Source: Candidatus Adlerbacteria bacterium RIFOXYC1_FULL_48_26 (GTDB taxonomy: Bacteria > Patescibacteriota > Minisyncoccia > Phycocordibacterales > SBAW01). Taken from it: a stretch of DNA of 64,000 nucleotides. The stretch covers positions 10,217 through 74,216 of the forward strand of contig MEXB01000004.1 in NCBI GenBank assembly GCA_001773575.1, read 5' to 3'. Both the position numbers and the translations under genes were made by a program. Shown piece after piece: positions 55,083 to 63,838 of the stretch (the first letter of the stretch is position 1; every line of letters begins with the position of its first letter). The notes beneath the pieces are model-generated. The model was not told the origin of the DNA, did no database searches, and was given only the letters and a program-made list of their open reading frames with translations.

Positions 55083-55553
55083 TTATCGGCAGGGAGGATA
55101 GTTTGTGCCGTTGGAATAATTCCAAGCCGAATATCCTGGCATTACGCCAGAAGCCGCATCACCCCGGCTCGCGCTGCACCATGTGCTATTTTTTTCTAAA
55201 TTTACCAAAATCGTATAGGACTGGTACCCTGCTGGCGCGCGGTAGCGGTAGCCATTGCTTCCTGTATTGGTTGGGTCGGCAGGTATTGGGTTTATATACG
55301 GTGTTATGTCGGTTGTGCCGGTGTTCATGTTGGCGACAACATAACTTGCGGGGTTGGTAGGGAATCTGTTGTTGTCGTCGTAATACAGGTCAAGAGCTAT
55401 CTGTATTTGGCGTATGTCAGAAAGTCTTTTTGCATCACGGCTTTTCTCGCGCGCTGCAGTGAGGTTTGCCAAAACAACAGAAGCAAGCACGCCGATAATC
55501 GCAATAACCACTAGGAGTTCGATGAGGGTAAAGCCTCGTCGCCAAGATCTCAT
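55083..55553 (-). CDS. Type IV pilin / GspG-like prepilin
   Basis: RG|FTLIELLVVIAIIGVLASVV, REKSRDAKRLSD and IPADP. Confidence 0.93.
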   Translation of the reverse strand: MRSWRRGFTLIELLVVIAIIGVLASVVLANLTAAREKSRDAKRLSDIRQIQIALDLYYDDNNRFPTNPASYVVANMNTGTTDITPYINPIPADPTNTGSNGYRYRAPAGYQSYTILVNLEKNSTWCSASRGDAASGVMPGYSAWNYSNGTNYPPCR

Positions 55554-55626
55554 ATTCTTAAAGAAACATATATGTATAGATGAAGCAACGTTGCCTGTAC
55601 ACACCCCAAGGCTGGGTAGGGTAAAG

Positions 55627-55652
55627 AAAAACCGCGCTTGAGGCGCGGCTTT
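55627..55652 (-). terminator. Intrinsic terminator
   Basis: Minus strand AAAGCCGCGC-CTCAA-GCGCGGTTTTT. Confidence 0.7.
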
Positions 55653-55654
55653 GT

Positions 55655-56035
55655 TTACGGTTCCACCCAGGCGGGCAGGGCGATGATGATGAATCCGTGT
55701 GGGCCTACGGCTTTGCGGATCTCCCAACCCTTGTTCCACTTAACTCGATGTTCAGCAGGTGCTGGGTACTGAACTGTGGGGATGCTCTCGAGTAGCTTCT
55801 TAGCAACATCGAGGCTTGTCTGCGGCTGTGAGTAGTGGAACTCGAACGCAGCGAAGGCGGTCGCGGTGTAGTGCACGCTTCCGCCCGGCTGGCCGTCTCC
55901 CATCTCGATCGGCTCACATGCGTAAAAGTACATGGTCCGACTCTCTTTTGCCCCCGTCAGGTGTATGGCGAGAAGTGCAAGATCTGCAGTAGCGTTTCCA
56001 ACGAGTTCCGACCGCGGCAGTCTGTTGTAGTGCAT
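55655..56035 (-). CDS. Hypothetical protein
   Basis: AAGGAGGTG Shine-Dalgarno and its own terminator. Confidence 0.65.
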   Translation of the reverse strand: MHYNRLPRSELVGNATADLALLAIHLTGAKESRTMYFYACEPIEMGDGQPGGSVHYTATAFAAFEFHYSQPQTSLDVAKKLLESIPTVQYPAPAEHRVKWNKGWEIRKAVGPHGFIIIALPAWVEP

Positions 56036-56097
56036 GAGGCACCTCCTTCTGCCGCCATCCTAACCAGGTACTAAATTTTTGTCCATATACTAGGAGG

Positions 56098-57150
56098 ATG
56101 CGTCAGAAAATATTTATTTTTGTAGGGAGCCTTCTTTTACTGGTTGCCTTCGGCGCCACTATCTCCGGCGACTTTTTTGCGCATTACGGGTATGAGGTCC
56201 AGAAAGAAAATCCCGCGGCGACTATCTACGCAGAGGTAGAGCCAAGTTACTTCTCACTTATCGTTGAGCCTGACGCTGGGATTACTCCCGTCTTGTCTCG
56301 CATAGAGCGCGCAGAGAAATCTATTGACCTGGTGATGTACAAACTCAGCGACACTCAAGTGGTGGAGGCACTCGGTGCCGCAGTGGCACGTGGAGTTTCT
56401 GTACGAGTACTTTTAAACGGCGGGTATTACAGTAAAAAAGAATCAGCCAACGATGCAGCCTATGCCGCACTTCAAAAAGTAAACGTGCCCGTACAATGGA
56501 CGCCAACTAATTTCGCACTGACACATCAAAAGACTTTTGTGTTTGATGGAACAGAAGCGCTTGTAATGACATTTAACTTGCAGTCGAAGTATTACAAAAC
56601 TGGTCGCGACTTCGCTGTCGCTGTTACCAATCCAAACGATATCGCAGCGATTCAAAAAACATTTAACGCCGATTGGAACGGGGAGTATATTGTTGCACCA
56701 AAGGGAGACACACTTTTGTGGAGCCCAGGCTCAGAAGATGAACTTCTACATCTAATTAACTCTGCATCTTCAACACTCGATATATATAACGAAGAGATGG
56801 CGGACGCTGACATAACAAAGGCGCTCGTTGCGGCGGCACAGCGCGGCGTTGATGTGCGTCTTAATATGACCTATGCAACAAACTGGAAGGAAGCATTCTT
56901 TACACTGCGAGATGCGGGTGTTTCCGTGCGCACATTCCCATCATCATCGAAAATTATCTACATACACGCGAAGATGATTATCGCGGATGGTAAAACCGCA
57001 TTCGTAGGTTCGGAGAATTTCTCCAATAATTCCCTTAATAAGAATAGGGAACTAGGGCTGATACTCTCAGCTCCGCAGATATTGGAAGGTCTGCAGTCCA
57101 CCTTCGACACAGACTGGGCAAAATCTCGCCCATTTACGACGATTCAATGA
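56098..57150 (+). CDS. Phospholipase D family protein (two HKD motifs)
   Basis: HQKTFVFD and HAKMIIAD...GSEN, with an N-terminal anchor. Confidence 0.92.
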   Translation: MRQKIFIFVGSLLLLVAFGATISGDFFAHYGYEVQKENPAATIYAEVEPSYFSLIVEPDAGITPVLSRIERAEKSIDLVMYKLSDTQVVEALGAAVARGVSVRVLLNGGYYSKKESANDAAYAALQKVNVPVQWTPTNFALTHQKTFVFDGTEALVMTFNLQSKYYKTGRDFAVAVTNPNDIAAIQKTFNADWNGEYIVAPKGDTLLWSPGSEDELLHLINSASSTLDIYNEEMADADITKALVAAAQRGVDVRLNMTYATNWKEAFFTLRDAGVSVRTFPSSSKIIYIHAKMIIADGKTAFVGSENFSNNSLNKNRELGLILSAPQILEGLQSTFDTDWAKSRPFTTIQ

Positions 57151-57170
57151 TGCGGTATTGTGTGTTCATC

Positions 57171-57232
57171 GCGCGCTTAGTCCCGACGCCTTGGTCGGGA
57201 TCCCGACAGAATCGTCGGGACTCAGTTGGTAG
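57171..57232 (+). pseudogene. Duplicated 5' 22 nt of tRNA-Val interrupted by a 40-bp element
   Basis: GCGCGCTTAG + [40 bp] + CTCAGTTGGTAG. The two flanks join into an exact copy of 57248-57269. Confidence 0.85.
57181..57220. repeat. Double-hairpin element family B, copy 2
   Basis: TCCCGAC-GCCTTG-GTCGGGA-TCCCGAC-AGAATC-GTCGGGA. Confidence 0.9.
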
Positions 57233-57247
57233 CCGCGTCATATATCT

Positions 57248-57320
57248 GCGCGCTTAGCTCAGTTGGTAGAGCAACTCATTTACACTGAGAAGGTCGGGGG
57301 TTCAAGTCCCTCAGCGCGCA
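57248..57320 (+). tRNA. tRNA-Val(TAC)
   Basis: Acceptor stem GCGCGCT/AGCGCGC, anticodon loop TTTACAC. Confidence 0.95.
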
Positions 57321-57398
57321 CACAAATAGACCTTCTAATTAATATATTGGCGCTGCACTATTCTCCAGCAGAGCCCACAAGAAACAAGGTTTTTGTTT

Positions 57399-58730
57399 AT
57401 GACACATATCAATTTATTGTTCAGACGGGGTTGGGGTAGCGGCCAAGACGACGGTAGAGAAGGCCATCGTTCTATTAAGATCCCGCGGGGCGGGCACTGG
57501 TTCTGGAAGCTTCTCGCATTCTCAGGTCCCGGCTACATGGTGGCCGTGGGGTATATGGACCCGGGCAATTGGGCAACCGACCTGGTCGGCGGCTCGGCTT
57601 TTGGCTACTCACTCCTTTCTATTATTTTGCTTTCGAGCCTCTCGGCAATCTTGCTGCAATATCTTGCTGCAAAGCTGGGCATTGTAACGGGCCGCGACTT
57701 GGCGGAGATGACAAAGCAGAGCGTTTCTAAACCCGTCGCCCTCTTTTTGTGGGTGATGGCAGAAATAATGATCATCGCCTGTGACTTGGCAGAAATTATC
57801 GGCACAGCCGTCGCGCTTTTGCTTCTCTTCCACATCCCAATTGTGTGGGGCGTATGTATTACCGCGCTCGACGTCTTCTTGCTTCTCTACTTGCAGAAGA
57901 AGGGGATGCGCATACTCGAGTCGCTCGTCATCTGCCTTATCGCTATCATCGGCGTATGTTTGGGTATTGATGTATTGATGGCAAACCCATCACTCGCCGG
58001 CATATTTGCAGGGCTCGTTCCAACTCCTGCAATCTTTGCAAGCACAGACATGCTCTATGTTGCTATCGGCATCATCGGCGCAACAGTTATGCCGCACAAC
58101 CTCTACCTACACTCATCTCTCTCTCAAACTCGTGCGTACGAAGAGACTGAAGTAGGGAAGAAGGAGGCTATCAAATACAGCGGTATTGATTCTGGCATCG
58201 CACTTTCGTTCGCGTTCTTCATTAACGCAGCAATTCTTATTCTTGCGGCTGCGGCATTCCATTCCAACGGTCTCAACGATGTTGCGGATATTGACCAGGC
58301 ATACTTGCTGCTCTCACCGCTTCTTGGTGCAGGGTTCGCTTCCATATTGTTTGGTGTCGCACTTCTCGCAGCAGGCCAGAACTCTACGCTTACAGGCACA
58401 ATGGCTGGGCAGATAATTATGGAAGGGTTCTTGAATATCCGCCTTGCTCCATGGCTGCGCCGCATTATTACGCGCGGCCTCGCTATCATCCCGGCACTCC
58501 TCTTCGTTATCTATGTTGGCGGTGATGAGGTTACAAAACTCTTGGTGTTCTCGCAGGTGGTGCTCTCTATACAGCTTCCATTCGCGATGATTCCACTCGT
58601 GTACTTCACCAGCAACAAAAAATTAATGGGTGTGTTCACAAACTCATGGCCTATCAAGGCGCTCGCTATACTTATCGCAACGGTTATCACTGGTCTTAAC
58701 GTATGGTTGGTTTGGCAGGTTTTCGTGTAA
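57399..58730 (+). CDS. mntH: Nramp family divalent metal (Mn2+) transporter
   Basis: GYMDPGNW, GATVMPHNLYLHS and QNSTLTGT motifs. Confidence 0.95.
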   Translation: MTHINLLFRRGWGSGQDDGREGHRSIKIPRGGHWFWKLLAFSGPGYMVAVGYMDPGNWATDLVGGSAFGYSLLSIILLSSLSAILLQYLAAKLGIVTGRDLAEMTKQSVSKPVALFLWVMAEIMIIACDLAEIIGTAVALLLLFHIPIVWGVCITALDVFLLLYLQKKGMRILESLVICLIAIIGVCLGIDVLMANPSLAGIFAGLVPTPAIFASTDMLYVAIGIIGATVMPHNLYLHSSLSQTRAYEETEVGKKEAIKYSGIDSGIALSFAFFINAAILILAAAAFHSNGLNDVADIDQAYLLLSPLLGAGFASILFGVALLAAGQNSTLTGTMAGQIIMEGFLNIRLAPWLRRIITRGLAIIPALLFVIYVGGDEVTKLLVFSQVVLSIQLPFAMIPLVYFTSNKKLMGVFTNSWPIKALAILIATVITGLNVWLVWQVFV

Positions 58731-58739
58731 AGTAAAAAT

Positions 58740-59408
58740 ATGAAGGAACCGGTAGTGATATATGAAGACGAGGACATCATTGTTGTCGACAAACCGTCGG
58801 GGATGATTGTGTACCCAGATGGTATCCACGACTACCCGGCTCTGGACGCATGGCTTGTCACGAAATACGGGGAAGGGAACTTCCACTTCGTGCACCGCCT
58901 CGACAGAGAAACATCGGGCGTACTTCTCCTTGCCCGCACACCTGAGGTGTATGAGTTCTTGAAAGAACAATTCCAAGAGAGAGAAGTGCGAAAGGTGTAT
59001 CGCGCCTTTGTGCACGGCAATATCCGCGACGACCGTGGCATCATAGACAAGCCGATAGGGAACTCACGTGGCGGCAAAGGGCCACGCTCTGTAAAAAGCC
59101 CTCACGGAACTCTGCGCGATGCGCTTACGGCATACCGTGTTATCAAGCGAAGTAAGGATGCGACCTACGTTGAGGTGTTTCCTAAGACGGGCCGTACACA
59201 CCAGATCCGCGTGCATTTCTCTTCTATCCAGCGCCCTGTTATCTGCGACCAGCTCTATGGCCCAGACCGCCCTGATGTTCTTGGTCTTGGTCGCCTCGCC
59301 TTGCACGCGTATACCCTTACAATCCAGCACCCAAATGGTAAAGAAATGACCTTTGCCTCACCACTTCCGGAAGAATTCGTTACAGCAGAAGGAAAATTGC
59401 GCGAGTAG
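58740..59408 (+). CDS. RluA family pseudouridine synthase
   Basis: DKPSG, VHRLDRETSG, TGRTHQIRVH and LHA motifs. Confidence 0.95.
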   Translation: MKEPVVIYEDEDIIVVDKPSGMIVYPDGIHDYPALDAWLVTKYGEGNFHFVHRLDRETSGVLLLARTPEVYEFLKEQFQEREVRKVYRAFVHGNIRDDRGIIDKPIGNSRGGKGPRSVKSPHGTLRDALTAYRVIKRSKDATYVEVFPKTGRTHQIRVHFSSIQRPVICDQLYGPDRPDVLGLGRLALHAYTLTIQHPNGKEMTFASPLPEEFVTAEGKLRE

Positions 59409-59433
59409 AAACAATGTGTTAAAGTCTCCAGAC

Positions 59434-59919
59434 ATGAAATCGGCAGTCAAAGTAAGCCCAGTCAATATGAAACAGCGCGCAGCGCTCGGTATTCGTTCTG
59501 GCGATACAGTCCGTGTTTGGCAAAACATCGTCGAACTCAAAAAGGGTAAGGCAGCCAACAAAAAAGAGGTAACGACGAAGAACGTTCGTCGCCAGGCTTT
59601 TGAAGGTATCGTTATCGCAGTGAAGCACGGCAATGAAACAGGCGGTACTTTTACCGTTCGTAAGGTTGCTTCAGGCGTGGGTGTTGAAAGAATCTTCCCA
59701 ATCTACGCTCCAATGATTGATGAAATTGAAGTGCTCCGCCGCGCACGTACTCGCCGCGCGAAGCTCTACTTCATCCGCCGCAAGGCAACATCTGAGATTA
59801 AGCGTGCAATGCGTAAGCAGATCCGCTTCACTCCAAAGGGCACCACTGAAGACGAGGCTCCAGTAGAAGCAGAAGAGCCAGTCGTTGACTCAACTCCAGA
59901 AGAAGTCGCAGCAGAATAA
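59434..59919 (+). CDS. rplS: 50S ribosomal protein L19
   Basis: GDTVRV, QAFEGIVIA, FTVRKVASGVGVERIFP and RRAKLYFIR motifs. Confidence 0.96.
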   Translation: MKSAVKVSPVNMKQRAALGIRSGDTVRVWQNIVELKKGKAANKKEVTTKNVRRQAFEGIVIAVKHGNETGGTFTVRKVASGVGVERIFPIYAPMIDEIEVLRRARTRRAKLYFIRRKATSEIKRAMRKQIRFTPKGTTEDEAPVEAEEPVVDSTPEEVAAE

Positions 59920-59980
59920 GCTGCGCTTTTTCTTTTGCTAAAAGGGCAATGTTTCGCTATAGTGCACGGGTACGCCTGAT

Positions 59981-60064
59981 GCCCAGGTGGCGAAATTGGT
60001 AGACGCACTACCTTGAGGTGGTAGCTCCCGCAAGGGATTGGAGGTTCGAGTCCTCTCTTGGGCA
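59981..60064 (+). tRNA. tRNA-Leu(GAG)
   Basis: Acceptor stem GCCCAGG/CTTGGGC, anticodon arm CTACC-TTGAGGT-GGTAG and a long variable arm. Confidence 0.95.
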
Positions 60065-60097
60065 CAACGTTTTTTGGTCGCGCTATAATCACAACGT

Positions 60098-61087
60098 ATG
60101 CAAACGCTTAAGTTTTTCATTGCGCCAATTACTGTTTCTGTAATAGCCCTCGCGATTGTTGGGTGGTGGGGTGGCCTCGGTGCATTTTTATTGGCAACAA
60201 TGCTCGCAGTTCTTGAAGTTACCCTTTCGTTCGACAACGCAGTAGTTAATGCCAAAGTTCTCAAAGAGATGTCTGCTGTATGGCAGCGCCGCTTTTTGAC
60301 CTGGGGTATTTTGCTTTCAGTAGTAGGCACGCGCCTTATACTCCCAATAATTATTGTGAGCATCGTGGCGTTTATGTCTCCGTTTGCCATCACGATGTTG
60401 GCATTTACTGACCCAGCAGAATACACACGCCTCTTGCTTGGCGCCGATGGATCAATCAAAGCATTCGGCGGAGCCTTCTTGCTTATGGTTGCCCTTAAGT
60501 TTTTCGTAGACGCTGGAAAAACAGTTCACTGGATAGCGGCTATAGAAAAGCGCATAGCGAAGTGGGGGAATATAGAAGCTATAGAAGCGGCACTTGTAAT
60601 GCTTGTACTCGTTGTGCTGTCTTTCTTCTCTCACGACTCAGCAGCGACTATCTTGCGCAGCGGTATCGTCGGTATCGTACTCTTTACAGTAACGGAAGGA
60701 GTCGCTAACGGACTTAATATTGAATCAAAGCATGTCGTCCGTTCGGGCGGAGTGCTCTTCTTGTACTTGAACTTGTTGGATACAGCCTTTTCTCTCGACG
60801 GCGTTATCGGAGCCTTCGCACTTACAACCTCGCTTCCTATCATCGTCGTAGGTCTTGGTATCGGCGCATACTTCGTACGTTCTCTTACGGTATATCTTGT
60901 CCGCGCAAAGACACTCGATACGCTTATCTACTTGGAGCACGGTGCGCACTGGGCAATCCTCGGGTTGGCAGGGGCAATGTTCGCTGGTCTTGTTGTCCAT
61001 GTCCCTGAAATCTTTACCGCCTCTATCGGCATTGCCTTTATCCTTCTCTCGTACTACTCATCGCGCCGCGAAATTAAGGCACACTAA
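60098..61087 (+). CDS. DUF475 (TerC-like) membrane protein, paralog 1
   Basis: LEVTLSFDNAVVNA, FSLDGVIGAFA and YLEHGAHWAI motifs. Confidence 0.9.
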   Translation: MQTLKFFIAPITVSVIALAIVGWWGGLGAFLLATMLAVLEVTLSFDNAVVNAKVLKEMSAVWQRRFLTWGILLSVVGTRLILPIIIVSIVAFMSPFAITMLAFTDPAEYTRLLLGADGSIKAFGGAFLLMVALKFFVDAGKTVHWIAAIEKRIAKWGNIEAIEAALVMLVLVVLSFFSHDSAATILRSGIVGIVLFTVTEGVANGLNIESKHVVRSGGVLFLYLNLLDTAFSLDGVIGAFALTTSLPIIVVGLGIGAYFVRSLTVYLVRAKTLDTLIYLEHGAHWAILGLAGAMFAGLVVHVPEIFTASIGIAFILLSYYSSRREIKAH

Positions 61088-61092
61088 AGCCA

Positions 61093-62103
61093 ATGCTGAA
61101 ATTTTTTATCGGCCCTGTCCTGGTAACAACCATTGCGCTAGGTGCTGCGTATTATTGGGGAGGTTTGGCAACATTTGGCCTCGTGGTGTTCCTCGCCGTT
61201 CTTGAGATATCTCTGTCGTTCGACAATGCTGTCGTAAACGCAAAGGCGTTGGTGCGAATGGAAACAAAATGGCGTCGCCGCTTTTTGACCTGGGGTATGT
61301 TTGCGGCGGTATTCGGCGCACGTCTTGTGTTCCCGGTGTTATTTGTATCGTTTGCGCTTGATCTTGCCCCGCTCAAGGTTATCTTCCTGTCGTTTATGAA
61401 CCCGGCAGAATACTCTCATTTGGTTGAATCTGCAGCACCCGTCATCCAAGCGTTAGGCGGCTCATTCCTGGGCATGGTCGCGCTTAAATATTTCTTTGAC
61501 GAAGCAAAACGAGTCCACTGGATACACATTGTTGAGAAGCGTTTGGCGAGCTGGGGTAGGGTACAGGCTATCGAAGTTGGCATCATCCTTTCAATCTTGC
61601 TTGTGTGTACATGGATAGTTCCAGAACATGGAGCTGAAATTCTAGGCGCCGGAGCGATAGGTATTGTGCTCTTTATCCTGATGGAAGGCATGGTGGATCT
61701 TTTGGGCGCATCTGCGGCGCGAGGCGCTAAACAAGGCTTCGTGTTGTTTATGTACCTAAACTTAATCGATGCAGCATTCTCCTTCGACGGTGTTATCGGC
61801 GCCTTTACTCTTACCACTGACATCTTGGCCATCGTTGTGGGTCTTGGTATCGGTGCATACTTCGTGAGAACTTTCACCCTCGTTCTTGTAGAGCGCAAAA
61901 CATTGACCTCGCTCGTCTATTTGGAGCACGGTGCGTACTGGGCTATTGCTGCACTTTCGATTTGTATGTTCACGACGCTGTTTTACAACGTCCCAGAGGC
62001 TATTGCAGGTACTGTCAGTGCAGTGTTTATCGGCGCGTCGTATCTTTCCTCACTTCGCCACAACAAAGCAAACAGACATCATCTGACTAGCTCCGAAGCC
62101 TAG
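61093..62103 (+). CDS. DUF475 (TerC-like) membrane protein, paralog 2
   Basis: LEISLSFDNAVVNA, FSFDGVIGAF and YLEHGAYWAI motifs. Confidence 0.9.
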   Translation: MLKFFIGPVLVTTIALGAAYYWGGLATFGLVVFLAVLEISLSFDNAVVNAKALVRMETKWRRRFLTWGMFAAVFGARLVFPVLFVSFALDLAPLKVIFLSFMNPAEYSHLVESAAPVIQALGGSFLGMVALKYFFDEAKRVHWIHIVEKRLASWGRVQAIEVGIILSILLVCTWIVPEHGAEILGAGAIGIVLFILMEGMVDLLGASAARGAKQGFVLFMYLNLIDAAFSFDGVIGAFTLTTDILAIVVGLGIGAYFVRTFTLVLVERKTLTSLVYLEHGAYWAIAALSICMFTTLFYNVPEAIAGTVSAVFIGASYLSSLRHNKANRHHLTSSEA

Positions 62104-62147
62104 TTTGATATATAAAGAGGGAGTTCGCATATATGGGGCGCAGACAT

Positions 62148-62223
62148 GGTGCCTATGGTGTAACGGTTAACACTCGAGTTTGTGGAACTCGCAATCTGGG
62201 TTCGATTCCCAGTAGGCACCCCA
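62148..62223 (+). tRNA. tRNA-His(GTG)
   Basis: G-1:C73 pair, anticodon arm CGAGT-TTGTGGA-ACTCG and an encoded CCA. Confidence 0.95.
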
Positions 62224-62229
62224 AGAGTT

Positions 62230-62994
62230 ATGAAAAAGAAATCGCATACAACCTCGTGGGGCGGGGTAGCTGACTGGTATAGCTCGTACTTGGAAACAAC
62301 CGAGGATTCATATCAGAAGCAGGTAATTCTGCCCAACCTTCTTCGTGTTCTGGGCCTCAAGCCGGGAATGAAGATTATTGATATTGCCTGCGGGCAGGGG
62401 TTTTTCTCGCGTGAATTTGCGGCCGCGGGTGCCGAGGTTGTCGCGAGCGACATCGCCCAACCTCTTATTGCGCAGGCCAAAAAACTTTCAGGTAAGGCGG
62501 TGCAATACTATGTTGCACCGGCAGACAATTTAAATTTCACAAAGAGCGAGGTCTTTGATGCGGCAACTATTGTTCTCGCAATCCAGAATATTAAAAACAT
62601 CGACGGCACTTTTAAAGAAGCGCGTCGTGTACTTAAACCAGGAGGGAAGTTGGTGATGGTGTTAATGCATCCAGCCTTTCGTATTCCAGGGCATTCGAGC
62701 TGGGGTTTTGACGAAGAAGCCCAGGAACAGTACCGTCGAATAGATTCGTATCTGTCCGCGCACACAGCTGAGCTTCTCGTACACCCAGGTAAAAAGGAAA
62801 GTCCAAAAACGACTTCGTACCATCGCTCACTCCAAGATTTTTCAAAGGCACTGTTCAAAGCAGGCTTTTCTATCACACGTCTTGAAGAGTGGATTTCGCA
62901 CAAACAAAGCCAGAGTGGTCCGCGCCAGAAAACAGAAGATACTGCTCGCAAAGAAATCCCAATGTTCCTGATGTTAGAATGCAAGAGTAACTAG
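62230..62994 (+). CDS. Class I SAM-dependent methyltransferase
   Basis: IDIACGQG, RVLKPGG and HPAF motifs. Start moved downstream of the tRNA-His. Confidence 0.9.
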   Translation: MKKKSHTTSWGGVADWYSSYLETTEDSYQKQVILPNLLRVLGLKPGMKIIDIACGQGFFSREFAAAGAEVVASDIAQPLIAQAKKLSGKAVQYYVAPADNLNFTKSEVFDAATIVLAIQNIKNIDGTFKEARRVLKPGGKLVMVLMHPAFRIPGHSSWGFDEEAQEQYRRIDSYLSAHTAELLVHPGKKESPKTTSYHRSLQDFSKALFKAGFSITRLEEWISHKQSQSGPRQKTEDTARKEIPMFLMLECKSN

Positions 62995-62995
62995 T

Positions 62996-63448
62996 ATGGC
63001 AAAGAAACCAAAAGAAAAACTAGAAGAATTCGCCTTTATGGTGACGCGCTCAGTAGGCTCTATTGGGTCTATTATTGTGCACAGCGTCCTTTTTTTGTCG
63101 GCATTTACATCCGTATGGTTAGGGCTTGTTCCGTTCGAGAGTATGCTGCTGTTCCTTACAACCATCGTGTCACTTGAGGCAATCTACCTTTCTATTTTTA
63201 TTCAGATGACCATCAACTATCAGGCAGAGGACATTGATGAGATTCAGGAAGACATCGACGAAATCCAAGAGGACGTGGATGAAATTCAAGAAGACGTTGA
63301 TGAGATCCAAGAGGACGTCGACGAAATCCAGGAAGATGTCGAGGAAATGACAGAGGAAGAAAAGGAAGGTAAGCAAGACAAAACGCTCGAAGAAATTCAA
63401 AAAGACCTACACAAACTTATCGGTGATATTGGTAAGCTACAAAAATAA
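62996..63448 (+). CDS. DUF1003-like membrane protein with acidic heptad repeats
   Basis: Two TMs, LTTIVSLEAIYLSIFIQM, then (EDxDEIQ)5. Confidence 0.85.
   Translation: MAKKPKEKLEEFAFMVTRSVGSIGSIIVHSVLFLSAFTSVWLGLVPFESMLLFLTTIVSLEAIYLSIFIQMTINYQAEDIDEIQEDIDEIQEDVDEIQEDVDEIQEDVDEIQEDVEEMTEEEKEGKQDKTLEEIQKDLHKLIGDIGKLQK
63227..63331 (+). repeat. Five 21-bp coding tandem repeats (EDIDEIQ/EDVDEIQ)
   Basis: Units differ mostly at synonymous positions. Confidence 0.9.
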
Positions 63449-63451
63449 TAT

Positions 63452-63823
63452 ATGAAAGGATTTAGAAATTTTATCTTACGAGGAAATGTCGTCGACCTAG
63501 CGGTGGGCGTTATGGTTGGCGCTGCCTTCAGCTCGGTTGTTAACTCGCTTGTGAAGGATCTTTTCACCCCACTTATATCCGCGCTTGTACGCCAGCCGGA
63601 TTTCTCTAAATTTGCTTTTACCTTCCGTGGAGTTGAATTTCCGTACGGAGATTTCCTCAACTCATTGGTCTCATTCCTTATTATAGCGGTAACGATTTAT
63701 TTCTTTGTCGTGCTGCCAGTAAACAAGCTCACCACTCATTGGAAAGGCTCTCCGGAGGCTCCAAAAAAGACAAACGAAGAGAAGCTTCTTGAAGAAATCC
63801 GCGATCTGCTCAAAACGAAGTAA
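63452..63823 (+). CDS. mscL: Large-conductance mechanosensitive channel
   Basis: FILRGNVVDLAVG, YGDFL and LLEEIRDLL motifs. Confidence 0.96.
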   Translation: MKGFRNFILRGNVVDLAVGVMVGAAFSSVVNSLVKDLFTPLISALVRQPDFSKFAFTFRGVEFPYGDFLNSLVSFLIIAVTIYFFVVLPVNKLTTHWKGSPEAPKKTNEEKLLEEIRDLLKTK

Positions 63824-63838
63824 TGATATAATTCGGGA

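Noticed and set aside
55554-55739. 62-aa N-terminal extension of the pilin ORF
   Set aside because: It runs through a terminator and the neighbouring gene. The prepilin leader MRSWRRG|F starts at 55553.
57321-57398. Mn-sensing yybP-ykoY riboswitch upstream of mntH or the DUF475 genes
   Set aside because: The intergenic spaces are too short and lack the four-way junction and conserved loops.
62182-62229. N-terminal extension of the methyltransferase in the ORF track
   Set aside because: It overlaps tRNA-His; the real start is ATG 62230.
63227-63349. Regular 21-bp repeats as a possible CRISPR array
   Set aside because: There are no spacers, the units are in-frame and vary at synonymous sites, and no cas genes are in the window.
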